This document shows, one piece after another, positions 58,668-64,000 of a stretch of 64,000 nt of DNA. Each line of letters opens with the position of its first letter. Position 1 is the first letter of the stretch. The translations under genes were made by a program, and so were the position numbers. Location: the NCBI GenBank assembly GCA_021772075.1, contig JAETNQ010000006.1, forward strand, positions 13,380-77,379, written 5' to 3'. The stretch is from Lachnospiraceae bacterium. GTDB taxonomy: Bacteria; Bacillota; Clostridia; Lachnospirales; Lachnospiraceae. Under the pieces are notes generated by a model. It saw only the letters and a program-made list of their open reading frames with translations. It was not told the DNA's origin and did no database searches.

Positions 58668-60014
58668 TTACTCATTTAACTCTTCAAAATCTGCTTTTAT
58701 AAAGGAGCAATAAAAACCATAAATACTACATGTATAACTGGGACTTGGATTATATATATGTACTTGTCTTAGATAGTGCCTTTCTAATGATCCAATATTA
58801 ACATTTTGATAAATTCCAACTTTATATACATAGTTACTATTATTATATGGATGTGCTGTTCCTGCTAAATTAGAGGAAGAATTCATAGTGATATCAAGGA
58901 CTATATAGTCCTTTAATATTTCATAATGCTCTTTGCTTATTGTTATACCAATATATATTCCAGTATCTTTAGCTAATGTATAAGAAGATCCAGAAGTAAT
59001 TTGTGTTTGTGATGCATTTATACATCTGTTAATTGGAATATAGAGATATTTTATATCTGCCGATCCATTTGAAGAAATATTTGCTCCAATCAGTGCCTTT
59101 TCTTCGGATGTAACAAATCGATGTGTTTCGTCTTCAGTAATCATGGATGCTGGATGTGTTTCAGGATGAACATATTTATTAGCACCATCTTCTATATGAA
59201 GCAATTTTTCTTTTTGATCGGAAGAATAGTCGTTGGAAGATAATCCCATACCTTCTATTTTATCAATTTTTTCTGCCAGTGCATTTGCCAGAACTGGTTC
59301 TGAAATATAATTGCAGTCATTTTCCAGTTGACTAATTTTTGTTGGAATGTTGTCGCTGGGTTGTGGTACAATCCATCCAATCCCGCCATCCGTCATGCCA
59401 ACTACTTGTCCGACATCTCCCCCATCAGGTATATGGATTTGAGCGTTGGAAAGGTGTCCAGCTACAGACTGGAGGTTTGCCTGGATATCAGAAGACAATA
59501 AATTTTGGCCGATGCTCCCTTCTTTGACAATCGCGGAAATGGTGTTATCTTCGCCGACTGATATTTGGATGACATCACCAGCAGACCCGGTATAAATATC
59601 AACTAATCCTTCAACCGGTATTCTGGATTGGCTGTTGTCGCTCCATGTTATGACGATTGCATTTGCTTCTTCATCGAAAAGGGCGGACTGGAATATTAAA
59701 GTTTTTGGTATATTGATGGCAAAGGTTGTATTATCTCTTCTGGTGACTGTTATAATTCCGGTGGAAGGATCATTGCTTAGATCTTTAATCAGGATATTTG
59801 CTTCTTCAATGTTGAGTTTTGCATCAAAAAGATTTTGATGTGCATGAGTATCTGATAAATGGTTCTCATCTATAATCTTATGGTTTATTTGATTCAACTC
59901 ATCTGTTAAATTCCGTTGGTTTTCTTTGTCGTTTCCTACCAATACAGCATCGGTATGTGTGTACGGGTAGAATGGATTCCCAAGATAGTCTTTCATCCAT
60001 TTCAATGCATTCAT
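58668..60014 (-). CDS. Phage tail-fibre-like protein
   Basis: FYPYTHTDAV, PTKISQLEND, GLSSNDYS..KEKL..IEDGANKYVHPETHPASMITED..HRFV tail-fibre repeat motifs. Confidence 0.65.
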   Translation of the reverse strand: MNALKWMKDYLGNPFYPYTHTDAVLVGNDKENQRNLTDELNQINHKIIDENHLSDTHAHQNLFDAKLNIEEANILIKDLSNDPSTGIITVTRRDNTTFAINIPKTLIFQSALFDEEANAIVITWSDNSQSRIPVEGLVDIYTGSAGDVIQISVGEDNTISAIVKEGSIGQNLLSSDIQANLQSVAGHLSNAQIHIPDGGDVGQVVGMTDGGIGWIVPQPSDNIPTKISQLENDCNYISEPVLANALAEKIDKIEGMGLSSNDYSSDQKEKLLHIEDGANKYVHPETHPASMITEDETHRFVTSEEKALIGANISSNGSADIKYLYIPINRCINASQTQITSGSSYTLAKDTGIYIGITISKEHYEILKDYIVLDITMNSSSNLAGTAHPYNNSNYVYKVGIYQNVNIGSLERHYLRQVHIYNPSPSYTCSIYGFYCSFIKADFEELNE

Positions 60015-60015
60015 T

Positions 60016-60666
60016 TTATAGCACCTCCTCGGTTGCGGTTTGGCCGCCGTCTATATATGCCACGGATTCCTTGATAAAATTCATATTTGACTGTAGATCA
60101 TCAATTTTAAAATTTAATAAATCTAAATTGACGGAAGTCTGGGTAATATTCCCGATCTGCTGCATCAGGGCGGCCACCCTTCGGTCTGTCGCCTGTATCT
60201 GGGACAGGAGAGAGCGGTATAAGGAAAGATCGCTTTCGTTTATCGCGATATCGTCATCAAGACCTGCCATAACATTTAATTCGGCTGGCAAAGTTGACCA
60301 AGAGTAGGACATTCCTCTCTCGTCTATGTCTTTTTTGAATTCAACTACAAAATGTATCTTTCCGGATTTTCTTGTTACAAACTTGGAGATATACCAATTT
60401 AATAACAGAGAATCGTCTTCGATCCTGATTTCGGTTACCGTGTATACACCGCGTTCTTTTAATGCATTATTATAAGATATGGTGCATTTTCTTGTAGACA
60501 GGTCGCATCCGTCAAAATAGCGGGGAATTCGAATTTTTACCATTTCCGCATTATCATCCGTGACGACACCAATATGATATAATTCTTCTGGTATATCTAT
60601 TTTTCTGGTGTTTGGATTGATGATTAATTCTGGTTCATATATTTTAGAAGTATTCAGGAAAAACAC
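60016..60666 (-). CDS. BppU-like upper baseplate protein
   Basis: DDNAEMVKIRIPRYFDGCDLS...W.I...T..SG.I.F.VEF...WSTLP pattern; GTG start after AGAAAGGA. Confidence 0.6.
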   Translation of the reverse strand: MFFLNTSKIYEPELIINPNTRKIDIPEELYHIGVVTDDNAEMVKIRIPRYFDGCDLSTRKCTISYNNALKERGVYTVTEIRIEDDSLLLNWYISKFVTRKSGKIHFVVEFKKDIDERGMSYSWSTLPAELNVMAGLDDDIAINESDLSLYRSLLSQIQATDRRVAALMQQIGNITQTSVNLDLLNFKIDDLQSNMNFIKESVAYIDGGQTATEEVL

Positions 60667-60720
60667 ATCCTTTCTATTTTTGATAATTATTTTAGTATAT
60701 AAAATTCACTAAACAGCAAT

Positions 60721-61929
60721 TTATAGCCAAATCGGAAACTGCATCAGATACACCCGAAACGGTGCATTTAAGTATCCATCCATAGAATCTGCTTCAGTAA
60801 ATCCTATCCGGCCAGCATAAACGGGTTCTAATATATTTTCATACCAGCTATTATTTGAAAGATTCTGGCATTGCACCTTTAAAACTATTGTACGATGTAG
60901 ATTCCAACCGGTCGGAACATTGTAACTGATATTTCTACTTATCGCGTCTGGTGTAACACCCTCCACTATTGCGTATTTGGGTAAATTGCTGTTTATCTCA
61001 TTAATTTCATTCTGCAAATTTTGTATTTGCGAGTCTTTTTCCTGTAACACATAATGTAATAATGCGCTGCTGGGGACTTTATTTATTTCGTTTTCATTGT
61101 TCTGGGAAATATTGGAATTAAGAAGGAATATACGGTTGGTTTCTGATTTATTATAATAATCAGCCAAGTCAATATATGTATTTCCGATAAATTCCCAACC
61201 GGTTGTTTCCCCGTTTAGATTTATGTATTCATTATAATTGTCGTTGCTGCCGGAAGAAGCATTAGCTTTGGGTACCAAATAAATAATATTCGTATTTATA
61301 TTAGATGTCGGAAGCCGGTCAACAATTTGCCTTTGTATAATACTGTCTGCGGTATGTTCCGCAATTTTCAAATCAGTATAATTTTTTGATTCTGTTAAAA
61401 ATTCGTTATTTAGTTTTAGGGAATCAGATTTCGTATAATACTGTGTATCATGGGAATGGGATTCATCGACGACAGAAGCAGTTCCATCGGAAGAAACTTG
61501 GATGGAATCGCTGGATTTGATGATTCCGGGCACATTTTCGTCAGCGATTCCATAGGTCGTGTCGGTAAATACAGCATTGGGCGGGACTGATTTTCCGATC
61601 GTGAATCCGCTGTCCCTGACGGTATATCCGCTGCCGTCAAAAACAGGTATGCCGCCAGCAGTAACAACTCCTGGAATTCCGTAGATTTGCTGCCGGTTTA
61701 CGACTTTGTCCAATCCTATTTGCTGTTTGGTGACTCCGTGGGGATTATTCCTATTGCCTGTATGTTCCTGCAAATTTTCGCTTGTGGCAAAATTATGGTC
61801 GGCATCCTGCAATTTTTTTATGCTGCTGTCGATCAAATCCATATTCATGTTCTGGACTTGGACATCGTATTTTTCATCGATATTTGGCTTCCCCAATTTT
61901 AAGTTTGTAGTTAAGTTAATAGTATCCAC
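60721..61929 (-). CDS. Phage tail-fibre-like protein
   Basis: LKLGKP...NMDLID, H..N.NNPHGVTKQQIGL, ADENVPGIIK, IVDRLPT...IYLVP, WEFIG..DLADYY. Confidence 0.7.
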   Translation of the reverse strand: MDTINLTTNLKLGKPNIDEKYDVQVQNMNMDLIDSSIKKLQDADHNFATSENLQEHTGNRNNPHGVTKQQIGLDKVVNRQQIYGIPGVVTAGGIPVFDGSGYTVRDSGFTIGKSVPPNAVFTDTTYGIADENVPGIIKSSDSIQVSSDGTASVVDESHSHDTQYYTKSDSLKLNNEFLTESKNYTDLKIAEHTADSIIQRQIVDRLPTSNINTNIIYLVPKANASSGSNDNYNEYINLNGETTGWEFIGNTYIDLADYYNKSETNRIFLLNSNISQNNENEINKVPSSALLHYVLQEKDSQIQNLQNEINEINSNLPKYAIVEGVTPDAISRNISYNVPTGWNLHRTIVLKVQCQNLSNNSWYENILEPVYAGRIGFTEADSMDGYLNAPFRVYLMQFPIWL

Positions 61930-63673
61930 CTCCTATCATTTCAGTTAATTCGTCATGTGAATATTTGCCCAAAACGCCATGTTTATAATTTGACAATACC
62001 CGATGGCTTCCCATTTCCTTCACTACATCATCATATAATGGGTAAAATTTCATTAACGACAGAGTGGAAGTGCCGGAACTGAAATCATGGGACACAGATT
62101 TAATAATATATTGTTCTGGAATGTCTGAATTAGAATTTTGGTACAATATTTTGAGATTGACATCATAAAAGGGAACGAGATTCGTGGTAAGGGTAATGCT
62201 GTCCGTGAGCCTGGAATTCTTCCAGTTTTCCCATTTGGCACGGGAGAGCGCGAGGGAATCGGAAGTAATCTGGTCGTATTCGCCGCCTGTTTTTACATCC
62301 GGTATTTCGCCAAGTTTTTGTACCGTAAACGGAGAGCCGGGAACGATTTCCAGTTCCACGGACTCGCAGCTGTACTTTTTTTGAAAGTATTCTTTTGAAT
62401 ATTTCTTACACATTGTTCCATCATGGAAAGCATAATCAGATCCAACAGTGCCATCGGTCAGGACGTTCATCCCATGTGCTTGCCAATGGCCGAGGAGATA
62501 AGCGTTAAATACCGTCTGGCCATCGATCCTTTGGCTTTTTATTTTAAAGGCAAAAACAGCATCTTTTTCCAGGACATTGCGCATAATAGGCTCATTTGTA
62601 TTTTCGTCCAGGATACGGATGGTTCCTAAATTGTTGATATTTAACTTTGGATTGGCTGCATTTGCAGATGGTATTTTAACGGCAATCGTATCGCCGTTAT
62701 AGTATGCTTCATCGTATCCGTTGATGGAACAGTGGTATGTATTATTCTGATAGCTGCATTGCTCGGTATAAAAATCCACTTCGATGATCTTTCCCCATAC
62801 TTCGCAGATGTTTCTGACTGTTGCCATGTCTATATTAATGTTTTCTGAGATATAGATCCTTTGAAGGAATTCGTTGCTGAAAATAATATCATCTTTATAA
62901 CAGCTTGGAACCATGCGGCAAGTAAATACATTGTATTCGTCGAAAAATATTTCATAATTGGGATATAGATCGCGGAGTTTTTCCAATATGGACAAGACGG
63001 TGCATCCGCTGGAGAATTCAAGGTCGTAAGGGATGGTATTCCATAGGGGGTTCTGGTTCCTGTAATCCTGCCAGCGGTCATTGTTCTGGGGCAATGCTTT
63101 ATACTCGCCCACATCGTCAACCATATAATTGTCTATGCCGCCCAGCTGTTTAAGAACAGTTATGATCGCTTCGCGTATAATATTATGCTTGATGATTTCG
63201 CCGGTTTCCGTATTTTCTTCATATGCTGGAATTTTGGTTGTCAATGCGCCGATTTGTCCGTTTTTTGTCCCGTCTAATTTGGACATATAATCGCTGCATG
63301 AAATTGTCAATTGGTTGGTCGTGCTGTCAAAATTACCGGATGTGCTTGTATAGACATAGTGGCCTTGCGGATAATAGAAGTATTCTTTTGTCCTCATATC
63401 CATGATACCGACATAAATGCGTAGTTCCTTGTTTAACCAGACGGCGCCGTCTTCTATGATTTTTGTGTTATTTCTGTCATATAAAGTCGGAATTAATGCA
63501 GCAGAAAAAGTTCTCCTGATAGAAGAGGAACTATCAATGGAAGCAGTTCCTCCAATAATAGTTCCTTTCAATGTGTCGAGTATTGTTTTTCCGTCATCTT
63601 TCATAATTTCAATTTTTAACGAAAGATGCAGAGGTTTTTGCAATATTAATTTAAGGTCTTTTGCTGTAATCAT
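61916..63673 (-). CDS. Phage tail/baseplate protein (DUF5048-like)
   Basis: IDSSSSIRRTFS, PYDLEFSSG, NICEVWG, RLTDSITL; start MITAK at 63673. Confidence 0.6.
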   Translation of the reverse strand: MITAKDLKLILQKPLHLSLKIEIMKDDGKTILDTLKGTIIGGTASIDSSSSIRRTFSAALIPTLYDRNNTKIIEDGAVWLNKELRIYVGIMDMRTKEYFYYPQGHYVYTSTSGNFDSTTNQLTISCSDYMSKLDGTKNGQIGALTTKIPAYEENTETGEIIKHNIIREAIITVLKQLGGIDNYMVDDVGEYKALPQNNDRWQDYRNQNPLWNTIPYDLEFSSGCTVLSILEKLRDLYPNYEIFFDEYNVFTCRMVPSCYKDDIIFSNEFLQRIYISENINIDMATVRNICEVWGKIIEVDFYTEQCSYQNNTYHCSINGYDEAYYNGDTIAVKIPSANAANPKLNINNLGTIRILDENTNEPIMRNVLEKDAVFAFKIKSQRIDGQTVFNAYLLGHWQAHGMNVLTDGTVGSDYAFHDGTMCKKYSKEYFQKKYSCESVELEIVPGSPFTVQKLGEIPDVKTGGEYDQITSDSLALSRAKWENWKNSRLTDSITLTTNLVPFYDVNLKILYQNSNSDIPEQYIIKSVSHDFSSGTSTLSLMKFYPLYDDVVKEMGSHRVLSNYKHGVLGKYSHDELTEMIGGGYY

Positions 63674-64000
63674 TCGTTCCACCATTCCTCTTCAATATCG
63701 GACAGGCTTGTGTAATATAAGTCGCGTTCGGATTCATAGTTTCCGATTTCTGTCCATTCAAAAGAGATATCCCGGTTGGCATATGTTTCATTAGCCGTAT
63801 CGGCCGGGTCGCCAGTAACTACCATAAGCCATATCCTGCCGTCAAAATGTTTCAATATTTTCGGCATCCCGTCAGCTAGGAAATCCATGATTTTCTTTTG
63901 GTAAGGTATCCGTAAAGCGTCCTCCATGACCAAACCGCAGTTTTCTTCATCCAGTTCTATAAATTTACCCCTGCAGCTGCCTTTATCATAATTAGAAACT
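63670..64000 (-). CDS. Phage tail-region protein, 5' part outside window
   Basis: Frame is open to the edge: VSNYDKGSCRGKFIELDEENCGL...ILKHFDGRIWL...ISFEWTEIG. Confidence 0.7.
   Translation of the reverse strand, partial: VSNYDKGSCRGKFIELDEENCGLVMEDALRIPYQKKIMDFLADGMPKILKHFDGRIWLMVVTGDPADTANETYANRDISFEWTEIGNYESERDLYYTSLSDIEEEWWNE

Larger units (their letters stand above)
56880..64000 (-). mobile_element. Prophage, tail/baseplate gene region adjacent to tRNA-Pro
   Basis: Seven co-oriented minus-strand phage-like structural genes, lower GC, starting right after a tRNA; continues beyond the window. Confidence 0.8.

Overview
Chromosomal window from a spore-forming, anaerobic Lachnospiraceae-like Firmicute (inferred from gene content and sigG-type promoters). 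Left edge (1-2300): AT-rich island end with a Schlafen/AlbA-HATPase gene and a tyrosine-recombinase-fold gene lacking its catalytic residues. 2.4-38 kb: mostly core and semi-accessory genes, including DJ-1, a SASP, a small alarmone synthetase, tig-clpP-clpX-lon-engB, an ECF pair, MATE, a J-domain/TPR-HscC pair, a hemerythrin-receiver protein, an osmoprotectant ABC transporter, LytTR plus two kinases, and a surface protein with sortase B. 38-45.3 kb: lower-GC accessory patch with an atypical KAS-III enzyme and membrane chemoreceptor operon, a ParE-type TA module and a defective IS1182, the last two bracketed by 32-bp direct repeats. 45.4-56.8 kb: T-box/thrS, infC-rpmI-rplT, pepD and a tRNA-Pro with an unusual AGG anticodon, followed by prophage tail genes to the window end. 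The most notable signals are (i) a dispersed ~115-nt element in 4-5 copies with extensive compensatory base-pair changes, (ii) the non-canonical KAS-III/MCP operon, (iii) tRNA-Pro(AGG), and (iv) the pseudo-recombinase/Schlafen operon. All product calls are from motif recognition by eye; no database search was run.
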